Positions 7,660 through 17,277 of a stretch of DNA of 64,000 nucleotides are shown piece after piece (position 1 is the first letter of the stretch; every line of letters starts with the position of its first letter). Both the position numbers and the translations under genes were made by a program. This stretch comes from Candidatus Micrarchaeia archaeon (lineage in GTDB: Archaea > Micrarchaeota > Micrarchaeia > Anstonellales > Bilamarchaeaceae), in the NCBI GenBank assembly GCA_041653635.1, contig JBAZFC010000001.1:265111-329110 (forward strand), given 5' to 3'. Under the pieces are notes generated by a model. That model did no database searches. It was not told where the DNA came from and saw only the letters and a list, made by a program, of their open reading frames with translations.

Positions 7660-10254
7660 ATGAAAAAGGATCCAATATGCGGAATGAAGGTTTCGGAAAG
7701 GACGAAGTTCAGGCTCACCAAGGGCGGAAAGGCGAATTATTTCTGCTCCGAGGAGTGCATGGACAAGTTCCTTTACGGAAAGCAGGGGGAGGGTAGCGCG
7801 GGTTTTGGGCGCAAGGAAGAGGCGTACGGGATGGCGGAAACGGGAGTTTCTGCCAGTCATCGCGAAGCGATGCGGAAACCGGAAGGCGGCGTAGCGGCAG
7901 CCAGGTTCGGGGGAAGGGAAACTGAACCGGAAACCGGAAGGGCCACCATTTCCGTGGGCGGGATGGAGTGCGCGTCCTGCGCCATCAACATAGAGAGGGC
8001 GCTGAAGCGGCTGGAGGGTGTGACGGAGGCGAATGTAAATTTCGCCACGCAGAGGGTTAGCGTGGAGTACGAGCTTTCCGCTCTTGCGAAAAGGGACATA
8101 GAGGACGCGATAAGGAAGGCGGGGTACGAAGTGATTGGCGGGAGGGAAGAGCGGGGTGCCGGAAACCTGAGGAGGGATGGTGGAAACAAGGGCAGGAAAC
8201 CGAGGGCGGAAAAACGGAGAGATGCTTCATGGGATGATGAGGAAGACTTGGAAGGGGACGGAGAAACCGACAGGGAAAAGGCGGCGAGGGAGAAGGAGAT
8301 AAACGATTACAAATTCCGGCTCAAGGTGGCGGGGGCGGTGGCGATTCCCGCTGCGCTCCTTGCGATGGGCGAGATGGCGGGGTTTGAGTTTCCGGAAATA
8401 ATAATGCAGAACTTCATGGCGATACAGTTCGTGCTGGCGACCGTGGCGATATACGCCGGCTCGCAGTTCTTCACCAGGGGCTTCAAGGCGCTCCTGAACA
8501 GGATGCCCACGATGGACTCGCTGGTCGCGATTGGGGTGGGCGCGGCGTACCTTTACAGCGTGGCGGTGACGTTCTTCGGTGTGGATGGATACGTGTATTA
8601 TGAGATTGCTGCGGTGCTGATCGCGTTCCTCCTCCTGGGGAGGCTGCTGGAGGCGATTGCAAAGGGAAAGACCTCGGAAGCGATAAAGCGGCTGATGGGG
8701 CTGCAGGCGAAGACCGCACGCGTGATAAGGAACGGGTACGAGCAGGAAATCCCCATAGAAGAGGTGGATGTTGGGGATACGATAGTGATAAGGCCGGGGG
8801 AGAAGATTCCGGTGGACGGGACCGTGCTGGACGGGGAGTCCTATGTGGACGAGGCGATGATTACGGGCGAGCCCATCCCGGTTGTTAAGAGGGCCGGCGC
8901 GGTGGTCATAGGAGCCACGATAAACAAGAGCGGGAGTTTCAGGATGCGCGCGGAAAAAGTTGGAAAGGACACAATGCTCGCGCAAATAATCAAATTGGTG
9001 GAGAACGCGCAGGGCTCCAAGGCGCCCATACAAAGATTGGCGGACGAGGTGTCGGCATACTTCGTGCCTGCGGTGCTCGGGCTGGGGCTGCTTGCGGGCG
9101 GGTATTGGTATTTCATCGCCGGGGAGACGTTCCTGTTCGCCCTAACAATATTCATCACCACGCTGATAATCGCGTGCCCGTGCGCGCTTGGGCTGGCGAC
9201 GCCCACGGCGGTGATGATGGGGACCGGGAAGGGGGCGGAGTACGGGATACTGTACAAGACCGCGAAGGCGCTGGAAACAGCGCACAAGACGCAGGTCGTG
9301 GTCTTTGACAAGACCGGGACGCTCACGAAGGGCAAACCGGAGGTCACGGACGTTATTCCTGCGGAGGGGCTGAGCGAGCACGTGCTGCTCAGGGTTGCGG
9401 CATCCGCGGAGAAAAATTCGGAACATCCTTTGGGAGAAGCGATTGTGAAGAGGGCGAAGGAGATGGGCCTGCACCTCTCGGAACCGGACAAGTTCAACGC
9501 GATTCCGGGCCACGGGGTGGAGATAATGCTGGCAAAGGACAGGGTGCTCATAGGGAACAGGAAGCTGATGGAGAGGAAGGGCGTCCCCTATTCGGAGCTG
9601 GAGGGGGAGCTCGTGCGGCTGGAGAACGAGGGGAAGACGGCGATGCTGGTCGCGATAGGGAACAGGCCCGCGGGCGTGATTGCGGTCGCGGACACGATGA
9701 AGGAGCACTCAAGGGAAGCGATACGCATGCTGCGCAGGCAGGGCATCAAGGTCGCGATGATTACGGGCGACAACAGGAGGACGGCGCAGGCGATTGCCAA
9801 GCAGGCGGGGATAGACAAGGTGTTCGCAGAGGTGCTGCCCGAGGAGAAGGAGCGGGAGGTGAGGAACCTGCAGGACGACGGCTTCAAGGTGGCGTTCGTG
9901 GGCGACGGGATAAACGACGCGCCCGCGCTCGCGGCTTCGGACATCGGGATTGCGATTGGGAGCGGCACGGACGTCGCGATAGAAAGCGGGGACATCGTGC
10001 TGGTGAAGGACGACCTGAGAGATGTGGTGAGGGCGCTCGCCATAAGCAAATACACGATGAAGAAGATAAAGCAGAACCTCTTCTGGGCGTTCATCTACAA
10101 CATGGTGGGGCTGCCCGTCGCGATGGGGGTGCTTTATCCATTTACGGGATTCCTGCTCAACCCCGCGATTGCTGGGGCCGCGATGGCGTTCAGCTCGGTG
10201 AGCGTGGTGTCAAACTCGCTGCTGATGAGGGGGTATGGGAAGAAGAAGGCATAG
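7660..10254 (+). CDS. copA: Copper(I)-translocating P1B-type ATPase (CopA type) with N-terminal TRASH/YHS and HMA metal-binding domains.
   Basis: The TRASH domain is CGMKV...YFCSEEC. The HMA motif is GMECASC. The TM motif is CPC ([13 protein letters not shown]). DKTGTLT, GDGIND and an SD-like GAGGTG upstream are all present. Confidence 0.9.
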   Translation: MKKDPICGMKVSERTKFRLTKGGKANYFCSEECMDKFLYGKQGEGSAGFGRKEEAYGMAETGVSASHREAMRKPEGGVAAARFGGRETEPETGRATISVGGMECASCAINIERALKRLEGVTEANVNFATQRVSVEYELSALAKRDIEDAIRKAGYEVIGGREERGAGNLRRDGGNKGRKPRAEKRRDASWDDEEDLEGDGETDREKAAREKEINDYKFRLKVAGAVAIPAALLAMGEMAGFEFPEIIMQNFMAIQFVLATVAIYAGSQFFTRGFKALLNRMPTMDSLVAIGVGAAYLYSVAVTFFGVDGYVYYEIAAVLIAFLLLGRLLEAIAKGKTSEAIKRLMGLQAKTARVIRNGYEQEIPIEEVDVGDTIVIRPGEKIPVDGTVLDGESYVDEAMITGEPIPVVKRAGAVVIGATINKSGSFRMRAEKVGKDTMLAQIIKLVENAQGSKAPIQRLADEVSAYFVPAVLGLGLLAGGYWYFIAGETFLFALTIFITTLIIACPCALGLATPTAVMMGTGKGAEYGILYKTAKALETAHKTQVVVFDKTGTLTKGKPEVTDVIPAEGLSEHVLLRVAASAEKNSEHPLGEAIVKRAKEMGLHLSEPDKFNAIPGHGVEIMLAKDRVLIGNRKLMERKGVPYSELEGELVRLENEGKTAMLVAIGNRPAGVIAVADTMKEHSREAIRMLRRQGIKVAMITGDNRRTAQAIAKQAGIDKVFAEVLPEEKEREVRNLQDDGFKVAFVGDGINDAPALAASDIGIAIGSGTDVAIESGDIVLVKDDLRDVVRALAISKYTMKKIKQNLFWAFIYNMVGLPVAMGVLYPFTGFLLNPAIAGAAMAFSSVSVVSNSLLMRGYGKKKA

Positions 10255-10257
10255 CCC

Positions 10258-10443
10258 CTACTTCGCGGAGTATATCCTGTACATCCCCCATCCGTGCAGG
10301 AGCATTCCCAGAAGGATTATCCATGGCGCATACTGCTGGGCATAGCCGGCAAGGTATGCGCCGAGGCCGAAGCCCAGGATTCCCGCGCCCAGCATCCAGA
10401 TTTCCAGCTCCATCGGGGTTGCTTTTTTCAGCTTCTCTAACAT
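10258..10443 (-). CDS. Small two-TM membrane protein (61 aa), hypothetical.
   Basis: This hydrophobic ORF fits exactly between the two ATPase genes on the opposite strand. Confidence 0.35.
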   Translation of the reverse strand: MLEKLKKATPMELEIWMLGAGILGFGLGAYLAGYAQQYAPWIILLGMLLHGWGMYRIYSAK

Positions 10444-10475
10444 GCTTGCACCGCTTTTGAATACGGGGCGGGATT

Positions 10476-10486
10476 TTTATTTATTG
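10476..10486 (+). promoter_or_regulatory. TATA-box-like TTTTATTTATT, placed to give a leaderless copB transcript.
   Basis: Sits 17-27 nt upstream of the ATG at 10503. Confidence 0.4.
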
Positions 10487-10502
10487 CAGTAGAGGGCAAC
10501 GC

Positions 10503-12644
10503 ATGAGGAAGATGCCGCCAAAGCCGGAAGAGCATATGCACCACATGCATGGGATGGAGCACGGGGCACATATGCACCACGAGGGGCATGTGATGGCGGA
10601 GGAGAAGCCGCATGCGGAAGGACATGAAGGGCACGGGACGCACGCCATGCATGCGGGGGAGGAGGCGCCTGTGCACGAGCACGGCGAGATGATGGTGCAG
10701 GAGTTCAAGAGGCATTTCCTCATTAGCCTTATTTTCACTATTCCGCTGCTCGTCCTTTCACCGACCGTGCACGGGTGGGCTAGCGAATTCCTCGGGATTA
10801 CGCTGCCTACATTCGAAGGGGCGAATTATGTGCTGTTCCTCCTCGCGAGCGTGGTGGCGCTCTACGGCGCGTTCCCATTCTACCGCGAAGCCGTGAAGTC
10901 GCTGCGCCACGGCATCCTGGACATGATGGTCCTCGTGTCAATAGCTGTGGGCTCGGGCTACCTTTTCAGCGTGGGGGGGACCTTCTTCTTCGTGGCGCCT
11001 GATTTCTACTGGGAGATATCCACGCTCGTGGTGTTCCTCCTTTTCGGGCATTGGATGGAGATGCGCACAGTACGGGACGCGTCCGGGGCGCTCAAGGAGC
11101 TGGTCAAGCTCATACCGCCGACCGCTAATCTTGTGGCGAATGGGGAAGTGAGGGAAGTGGAGACCGCATCGCTGAAGAAAGGGGATATTATACTCGTGCG
11201 CCCGGGCGGGAAGGTGCCCATAGACGGAATAGTCGTGGAGGGCGAGAGCTCGGTGAACGAGGCGATGCTGACCGGGGAGTCCAAGCCGGTGGGCAAGAAG
11301 AAGGGCAGCGCGGTGATAGGGGGCACGCTGAACATCGCCGGGGCGCTCAGGGTGAGGGTGGCGAAAACCGGTGGGGAGACCGCGCTCTCGCAGATAATAG
11401 CCCTGGTGCGGCAGGCGCAGGAAACGAAGCCGCCGGTGCAGAAGCTTGCGGACAGGGCGGCGCATTACCTCACGTTGGTTGCGATAATAGTGGGGCTGGG
11501 GACGCTGCTTTTCTGGAAGCTGGTGGCGGGGGAGCCGACGGTGTTCGCGCTTACGATGATGATAACCGTAATTGTGGTCGCGTGCCCGCATGCGCTGGGG
11601 CTTGCGATTCCGACCGTGACTACCATCTCCACGACGCTGGCGGCGCGGAACGGGATACTGGTGAAGAACGCGCTTGCGCTGGAGACGGCGAAGAAGCTGG
11701 ATGCCGTGATTTTTGACAAGACCGGGACGCTCACGAAAGGGGAGTTCGGGGTGAGCGACGTGGTCCCCTTGGGCGGGATGGACGAAGACGAAATTCTCGC
11801 GGTCGCTGCCGCAATCGAGCAGAACTCGGAGCACATAATCGCGAGGGGGATAGCCGCGAAGGCGAAGGGTAGGGGGCTGAAGCTGCCCACGGTTGGGAAA
11901 TTCACTGCGGTTGCGGGAAAAGGTGTGCGGGCAGTTGTTGGAAAGAAACAGTATTACGTTGGGAACAGGGCGCTGATGGAGGGCGCAGGGGTGGATTGCA
12001 AAAACGAAAAGGCAGAGGAGTTGGCTTCCGAGGGCAAGACGGTGGTTTACGTAGCTTCAGGCAAAAAGCTGGAAGGCCTGATTGCGCTCTCTGACATCAT
12101 ACGGGAGGAATCTTACGAAGCTGTGAAGGCCCTGAAAGGAATGGGCATGAAGGTCGCGATGCTGACCGGGGACAACAAGGCCACGGCGCAATATGTCGCG
12201 AAGGAGCTGGGGCTGGACGAGTATTTCGCTGAGGTGCTGCCCGGGCAGAAGTCCGAAGCCGTGAAGGCGATGCAGGGCAGGGGCATGAAGGTGGCGATGG
12301 TCGGGGACGGGGTGAATGACGCCCCGGCGCTGGTGCAGTCTGACGTGGGCATCGCGATAGGCGCGGGGACCGATGTGGCCGTGGAATCCGCGCAGATCGT
12401 GCTCGTGAAGAACGACCCCCGCGACATACCCAAGCTGATTAAGCTGAGCAGGCTCACGATGAGGAAGATGAAAGAGAACCTCGTCTGGGCGACGGGCTAC
12501 AATGTGGTTGCGATTCCGGTTGCGGCCGGGGTGCTCGCCCCGTGGGGGATTTTCCTCATGCCGGAGTTCGCGGCGCTGATAATGGCGGCGTCTAGCATAC
12601 TTGTTGTGACTAATGCGCTCCTCATGAGGAATGCACGGCTGTAG
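10503..12644 (+). CDS. copB: P1B-type heavy-metal ATPase of the CopB class, with a His-rich N-terminus and a CPH transmembrane motif.
   Basis: The N-terminal ~60 residues are rich in HxH/HH. The TM motif is CPHALGLAIP. DKTGTLT and GDGVNDAP are present. Confidence 0.85.
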   Translation: MRKMPPKPEEHMHHMHGMEHGAHMHHEGHVMAEEKPHAEGHEGHGTHAMHAGEEAPVHEHGEMMVQEFKRHFLISLIFTIPLLVLSPTVHGWASEFLGITLPTFEGANYVLFLLASVVALYGAFPFYREAVKSLRHGILDMMVLVSIAVGSGYLFSVGGTFFFVAPDFYWEISTLVVFLLFGHWMEMRTVRDASGALKELVKLIPPTANLVANGEVREVETASLKKGDIILVRPGGKVPIDGIVVEGESSVNEAMLTGESKPVGKKKGSAVIGGTLNIAGALRVRVAKTGGETALSQIIALVRQAQETKPPVQKLADRAAHYLTLVAIIVGLGTLLFWKLVAGEPTVFALTMMITVIVVACPHALGLAIPTVTTISTTLAARNGILVKNALALETAKKLDAVIFDKTGTLTKGEFGVSDVVPLGGMDEDEILAVAAAIEQNSEHIIARGIAAKAKGRGLKLPTVGKFTAVAGKGVRAVVGKKQYYVGNRALMEGAGVDCKNEKAEELASEGKTVVYVASGKKLEGLIALSDIIREESYEAVKALKGMGMKVAMLTGDNKATAQYVAKELGLDEYFAEVLPGQKSEAVKAMQGRGMKVAMVGDGVNDAPALVQSDVGIAIGAGTDVAVESAQIVLVKNDPRDIPKLIKLSRLTMRKMKENLVWATGYNVVAIPVAAGVLAPWGIFLMPEFAALIMAASSILVVTNALLMRNARL

Positions 12645-12698
12645 GGCGGCGCGGGCACGGGCGCCATGGTTTAAAATCCGCGGCGCATTTATTTACGC

Positions 12699-13289
12699 AT
12701 GGAAAGGAAAACTGGGATATTGCTGCCGCTAGTCATTTTGGCTAACCTCATCGGCGCATACTTCGGGTTTTTCATATACTATGTGAACCAGCTCTCCATT
12801 ACTACGCTGCTGCTGTGGGTTTTCGTGCCGGACTGCCCGCTGGCTGTCCTGCTGATGGCGGCGGCGATTGCGCTGGTGTGGGCGGGGAAGGGCGGGAATC
12901 TCTTCCCTTTCCTCGCGGCTGCGTATGCGATGAAATACGGCATATGGACGGTTGCGGTGCTGCTTTATTTCAATGGATACTTCTTTGCGCCCGCGCTCCT
13001 TGTGCTATATTCCGTGATGCTTGTGACGCACATCGGGATGGCGGTGGAATCGCTCGCGTTCGTGGGGAAGATAAAAGTGGAGCGCTGGCACCTGGTTGCG
13101 GTGCTCGCGTGGTTCCTGGTGAATGATTTGATGGATTACTGGGGAGGGATGAGCCCGAACAACGTGCCGCCCAGCGGGCTGCTTTTACCATTCACGATGC
13201 TGCTCACATTCGTGGGGGTGCCGCTTCTCTATCTTGCGTATAAGGAAGGGAAGCCGCGGATTGTGGCGGGCATCTTATGGGGAAAATGA
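12699..13289 (+). CDS. Polytopic membrane protein of unknown function (DUF-type, about 196 aa).
   Basis: Five or six hydrophobic helices are visible. There are no catalytic motifs. Confidence 0.4.
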   Translation: MERKTGILLPLVILANLIGAYFGFFIYYVNQLSITTLLLWVFVPDCPLAVLLMAAAIALVWAGKGGNLFPFLAAAYAMKYGIWTVAVLLYFNGYFFAPALLVLYSVMLVTHIGMAVESLAFVGKIKVERWHLVAVLAWFLVNDLMDYWGGMSPNNVPPSGLLLPFTMLLTFVGVPLLYLAYKEGKPRIVAGILWGK

Positions 13290-13372
13290 TTGGCGGTAGA
13301 TTGCCGGGTGCATTTTTGCTGGGTGCTGGTGGCTGTGTGCTGGCTGCCGGGTGCCGTCCTTTGCCAGATGCT

Positions 13373-14329
13373 TTATGCATGCGCGGGGGCCGGCGCCGCG
13401 GAATCTCCGTTGAGCTTCTGGAGGGATTTCCAGTAGAAGTAGCCGACGATTGCGAATGTGATTATGGGCGAGAGCCATGCTGGGATTTCAAAGCCGAAGC
13501 TGTCCAATACCATGATGGAGCCAAGGAAGAAGATGGAGTACATGGCGCCGTTCTTGAGGTAGGCGTATTTGCGCACCTCCTCTATCCCTTTTATGGTGAG
13601 CTCGCGCACGACTATGGCGCCGAGGCCGTTCCCTATGAGGATGAGGGGAACTGCGAGCGTAAAGGCAAATGCGCCGAGGACGCCGTCTATGGAGAAGGTG
13701 AGGTCTATCACCTCAAGGTACATGAGCTTGCTCAGATCTGAGAGGTTGCTCGTGCCCTTCATGAGCTCCTTTTCGCGCAGCTCCGCGTTCTGCTTGAAGC
13801 CGTGGGTTATGAAGAAGGCGGTGGAGCCGACCACCGCCCCGAAGGCCATTATCGGGTTGATTTGGATGGCGAACCACACGATTATTGAGAGGAGTATGGA
13901 AACGACGGCGAAGAACCAGATGCCCTGGGATGCGATGAACTTCTCGCCCCGGATGCCGTAGTTCTTCGGCTCCAGGAAGAGCCAGTGGAAGAAGAGGAAG
14001 ACGAGGAATACCCCGCCGCCTATCAAGAGGACGGGCGCGGACTGCTCCATCGCCTCCACGACCATGGGGTCCTCGCTGAAGGTCGCTGTGAAGACCTCGT
14101 AGGGGCCGAGGGATGGGTTGGCCACCCAGATTATGAGGAGGGGCAGGATTCCCCTGACTATGAAGACGGCGAACAGGATGCCCCAGAAAAGGAACCATTT
14201 CCTCGCGCGCTTGGACATCTTTGAGAGTATGTCCGCGTTTATTATCGCATTATCAACGCTGCTGACGGTCTCGAAAAGGCACAGGCCGAGTATCGTGAGT
14301 ATCGCGGCGAGAATGTCCATGTTCCCCAT
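13373..14329 (-). CDS. TerC/DUF475-family integral membrane protein.
   Basis: It is polytopic, and an N-terminal ETVSSVDNAII motif resembles the TerC-family E..LS.DN signature. Confidence 0.5.
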   Translation of the reverse strand: MGNMDILAAILTILGLCLFETVSSVDNAIINADILSKMSKRARKWFLFWGILFAVFIVRGILPLLIIWVANPSLGPYEVFTATFSEDPMVVEAMEQSAPVLLIGGGVFLVFLFFHWLFLEPKNYGIRGEKFIASQGIWFFAVVSILLSIIVWFAIQINPIMAFGAVVGSTAFFITHGFKQNAELREKELMKGTSNLSDLSKLMYLEVIDLTFSIDGVLGAFAFTLAVPLILIGNGLGAIVVRELTIKGIEEVRKYAYLKNGAMYSIFFLGSIMVLDSFGFEIPAWLSPIITFAIVGYFYWKSLQKLNGDSAAPAPAHA

Positions 14330-14472
14330 CCGTCATTTGTTTACAATATATAAAAATGATGTGGCTCGTTAGCTACTCTGGTCATCACATATCAGTCTGG
14401 GACGGTGCGGTCATCGCCACGATAGTGATTGCGCAAAGGTTGTTTTTAAGCATATGGGGAGGAACTCATATC

Positions 14473-15009
14473 ATGCAGATTATGGTCCTCAGGCTCGGGC
14501 ACAGGCTCCCGAGGGACGAAAGGATGACGACGCACGTTTGCCTCACATCCCGTGCGTTCGGGGCGTCCGGTGCGGCTTACTCCGGGCAGAAGGACGGCTC
14601 GCTGGAGGCGAGCGTGAAGAGGATTGCGGAGAACTGGGGCGGGGAATTTTCAATAGAATACGAGCCGAAGCCAATAACGAGGATAGAAAGAATGAAGAAG
14701 GAGGGCTGGACCGTGGTGCACCTTACGATGTACGGGATGCCGTTGCCGGAGAAGGATGCGGAGATAAGGAAGCGCGGGAAGGTGCTGGTCGTGGTCGGGG
14801 CTGAGAAGGTGCCGGCGGAAGTTTACCAATTGGCGGATTTCAACGTTGCGGTGGGGAACCAGCCCCACTCCGAAATAGCGGCGCTCGCGATAACGCTGGA
14901 CAGGATGCAGGGCGGGAAGGAACTGGAACGGGGCTTCCAGTCTAATTTTGGAGGGGCGGCGATATCGCTGGAGCCTGCGGAAAAGGGGAAGAAAATAAGG
15001 AAAGGCTGA
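14473..15009 (+). CDS. tRNA (cytidine56-2'-O)-methyltransferase aTrm56 (SPOUT family).
   Basis: The N-terminus VLRLGHRLPRDERMTTHVCLTSRAFGA matches the aTrm56 signature. The ORF-track start at 14356 is an upstream extension. The start is taken at MQIM. Confidence 0.7.
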   Translation: MQIMVLRLGHRLPRDERMTTHVCLTSRAFGASGAAYSGQKDGSLEASVKRIAENWGGEFSIEYEPKPITRIERMKKEGWTVVHLTMYGMPLPEKDAEIRKRGKVLVVVGAEKVPAEVYQLADFNVAVGNQPHSEIAALAITLDRMQGGKELERGFQSNFGGAAISLEPAEKGKKIRKG

Positions 15010-15145
15010 CTTGCGGGAACCGCCATTCCCCATATCTGATTACCGGCATCAGTGGCGGGGAGGTCTCCTTTTCTTTATAAAGGCGGAAATTCCTTTCCTT
15101 CATGCGACCAGGCGGCCTTGTGGCAACGGGGCTGGAGGAGAGTAA

Positions 15146-15412
15146 ATGCCCGTGGAAGATGAGATAATACATTGGTGGAAGGATGACAAGGGCGAGCAGC
15201 ACCGGACCATCCTTCGCATAGAGAGCGAGGAGCCCCAGAGTTCAAACGGATTCCCCAGGGACGGCGTGATAACCGTGAGGGTGGCGAACACAACCGGAAC
15301 GGCGGCGATGAAGCTGAGCCCGGACGAGGGGCTGCGGCTTTCAAACCAGATCCTGACCATAGCTAAGGAGCTGCTGAACAAAAAAAGGAAAATGTGGCGG
15401 GAACGGGATTAG
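15146..15412 (+). CDS. Small hypothetical protein (88 aa).
   Basis: It has coding-like composition. GGAGG sits 8 nt before the ATG and a TTTATAAA lies upstream. T-runs follow the stop. Confidence 0.4.
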   Translation: MPVEDEIIHWWKDDKGEQHRTILRIESEEPQSSNGFPRDGVITVRVANTTGTAAMKLSPDEGLRLSNQILTIAKELLNKKRKMWRERD

Positions 15413-15423
15413 GCGCTCAGGGT

Positions 15424-15442
15424 GTTTTTGGGCTCCTTTTTA
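15424..15442 (+). terminator. Oligo-T (T5...T5) archaeal-type terminator after the small ORF.
   Basis: The sequence is gtttttgggctccttttt, immediately downstream of the stop. Confidence 0.4.
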
Positions 15443-15493
15443 CTCGGGACTATGTGCAGAGCCGAAGCGATGCGCTATGCGGAGCTGAGGCGA

Positions 15494-15503
15494 GTAAAAA
15501 AGG
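15494..15503 (-). terminator. Oligo-T (T6 on the minus strand) terminator after the Cys-rich lipoprotein gene.
   Basis: An A6 run on the plus strand lies 14 nt past the minus-strand stop. Confidence 0.4.
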
Positions 15504-15516
15504 AGAGGGAACGGGA

Positions 15517-16380
15517 TTAGTAATATCCGCTTCCTTGCTCGCAACTGTGGCTCCCCAGATTGCAGTAGGTCCCGGAATCGCAGTCCGAGTTCGCATTGCA
15601 GTAGCCAGCCTTGGGCGTGCACCTGTGCGTGGCGGTGTAGCAGACCTCCCAGGAATTGCAGTTGGAGTTGCCGTCGCAGTAGCCCGGTTTCGCCGTGCAC
15701 CTGTGGCTGTCCGTAGCCTCGCAATATTGCCATGAGTTGCAGTCAGCGTCGTGCCCGCAGTAGCCCGGGGCAGTCATGCAGCGGTTCGTGTCCGCATTGC
15801 AGGTCTGCCAGCCGGCGCAGTTTGCGGTGTTTATGCAGAAGCCGGACCTCGGCCTGCAGAAGTGGGTTTCCACCTCGCACCCCTGCCAGGAGACGCAGTC
15901 CACGTTGTCGTTGCACCTCCCCTCAAACGGTATGCACACCTTATTGACGGTGTCGCACCCCTCCCAGGAATCGCAGTCGTAATCCGTGCCGCATCTTCCG
16001 GGAACAACAGCGCACCTGTGCGTGGTTGAGCCGCAGGCCTCTATGTCCGCCCTGCAGTCCTCGTTGGAGCCGCAGAAGCCGGCGATGGGTGTGCATGCCC
16101 CCTGGGAACATGCCTGCCAGCGCACGTCGCAGTCAGAGTTCTGGGCGCACGTGCCCGGAGCCATGCTGCAGAGATGGGTTGTGCTGTTGCAGGACTGGCC
16201 CGTGCCGCAGTCTGATGCCTGGCTGCAATAGCCCGCCTTCGCCGCGCACACGCCGTCCGAGCATTGCTGCCAGGATTGGCAGTTGGAATCCGCGGAACAG
16301 GAGACCGGGCCCTCGCTTGCCGCGCACCCGAACAAAAGAAGCATCATAACGAACAAACCAGCCAGCATGAAGTTGCGCAT
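15517..16380 (-). CDS. Secreted lipoprotein made of about ten tandem Cys-rich repeats of about 25 aa.
   Basis: The signal peptide with lipobox is MRNFMLAGLFVMMLLLFGCAAS. The repeat consensus is GYC-x3-(S/N)DC-x2-WQ-x-C-x3-THRC-x3-PG, with about 40 Cys in total. A TTTTTAATG promoter-like element lies upstream. Confidence 0.7.
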   Translation of the reverse strand: MRNFMLAGLFVMMLLLFGCAASEGPVSCSADSNCQSWQQCSDGVCAAKAGYCSQASDCGTGQSCNSTTHLCSMAPGTCAQNSDCDVRWQACSQGACTPIAGFCGSNEDCRADIEACGSTTHRCAVVPGRCGTDYDCDSWEGCDTVNKVCIPFEGRCNDNVDCVSWQGCEVETHFCRPRSGFCINTANCAGWQTCNADTNRCMTAPGYCGHDADCNSWQYCEATDSHRCTAKPGYCDGNSNCNSWEVCYTATHRCTPKAGYCNANSDCDSGTYCNLGSHSCEQGSGYY

Positions 16381-16422
16381 CGTTACACCTTTCGCACTTA
16401 TTAGCCGCAAAAACATTAAAAA

Positions 16423-17091
16423 CTAGAGTCTCCTTGCCACGCCCAGCAGTTCCGAGAATTTCCTTATCTGCGCATCCGCCTTCCCCTTCTGCCTGGAGTA
16501 GGGGCCCTGGAGGATGCGGACTGTGTAGATGCCGAGCTTCTTTGCGGGAAGGATGTCCGAATCCATCCTGTCCCCGACCATGATGCACGCCGATGGCTTG
16601 GCCTTCACGTGCGCGAGCACCTTGCGGAAGAACGAGGGGCTTTTCTCCTCCCCGATTTCCCCTGATACGAATACGTCCTCAAAGAAGAGGTGTATGCCCA
16701 TGCGTATGAGCTTGTCCCACTGCTTGACCGCGTCCCCGTTCGTGGCGACATAGAGCCGGTAACCCCTTTTCTTCAGCTCCAGGAGAGTCTTGGGGACCTC
16801 GGGGTAGGGCTGGATGGAGGATTTGGTGTTGTGGTAGGCGGCGACCGCGGCCGCCACGTAGCGGGCAGGGCGTTTTACGCCCATCTTCCGCAGCAGGCTG
16901 TCAAAATGGTTGGGATAATTGGAGCCCTTCTCCCTTATGAGCCTCTGCAGCCCCCTGTACAGCTCACGCTCGCTTGCGTCCAGCCCGGTCTCTATCATCG
17001 CGCGCAACGCGTTCCTCCTCGCCAGCTCCGCGAACTCGGCGGTTGGGAAGAGGGTGTTGTCCACATCGAAGAAAATGCAGGCCCTCATCAA
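16423..17091 (-). CDS. HAD-superfamily hydrolase (subfamily IA-like).
   Basis: An N-terminal FFDVDNTLF motif I and downstream HAD motifs are present. Confidence 0.7.
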   Translation of the reverse strand: MMRACIFFDVDNTLFPTAEFAELARRNALRAMIETGLDASERELYRGLQRLIREKGSNYPNHFDSLLRKMGVKRPARYVAAAVAAYHNTKSSIQPYPEVPKTLLELKKRGYRLYVATNGDAVKQWDKLIRMGIHLFFEDVFVSGEIGEEKSPSFFRKVLAHVKAKPSACIMVGDRMDSDILPAKKLGIYTVRILQGPYSRQKGKADAQIRKFSELLGVARRL

Positions 17092-17202
17092 TCCTAAATC
17101 GGTAAGAATATGTTTATATATTGTTCTCTGGGAATTCTCTATGTTCTTTTAGATGGTGAGTGATTGGGATCAAGACCTAGGAAATGGAAGAAGAAGGGCC
17201 GC

Positions 17203-17277
17203 ATGCGCTGGAAGTGGGTAAAGAAGAAAAGGCGCAGGCTCAAGAAGAAGATGAAGAGAAGGGTCGGCGAGCTTTAG
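17203..17277 (+). CDS. rpl41e: Ribosomal protein L41e (24 aa, [24 protein letters not shown]). It is not in the ORF track.
   Basis: The translation matches the eL41 pattern M-R-x-KW-x-KK-R-x-RRLK-x-K-x-RK. It overlaps the glmM stop by 4 nt (convergent). Confidence 0.55.
   Translation: MRWKWVKKKRRRLKKKMKRRVGEL

Noticed and set aside
13277-13741. A + strand 154 aa ORF overlapping the TerC-like gene.
   Set aside because: It is antisense to a convincing polytopic membrane protein. The composition is Gly/Arg/Cys-rich and non-protein-like.
14356-14472. An N-terminal extension of aTrm56 in the ORF track (start 14356).
   Set aside because: The family N-terminus begins at MQIMVLRLGHR. The extension overlaps a promoter-like AT-rich stretch with TATA-like elements.
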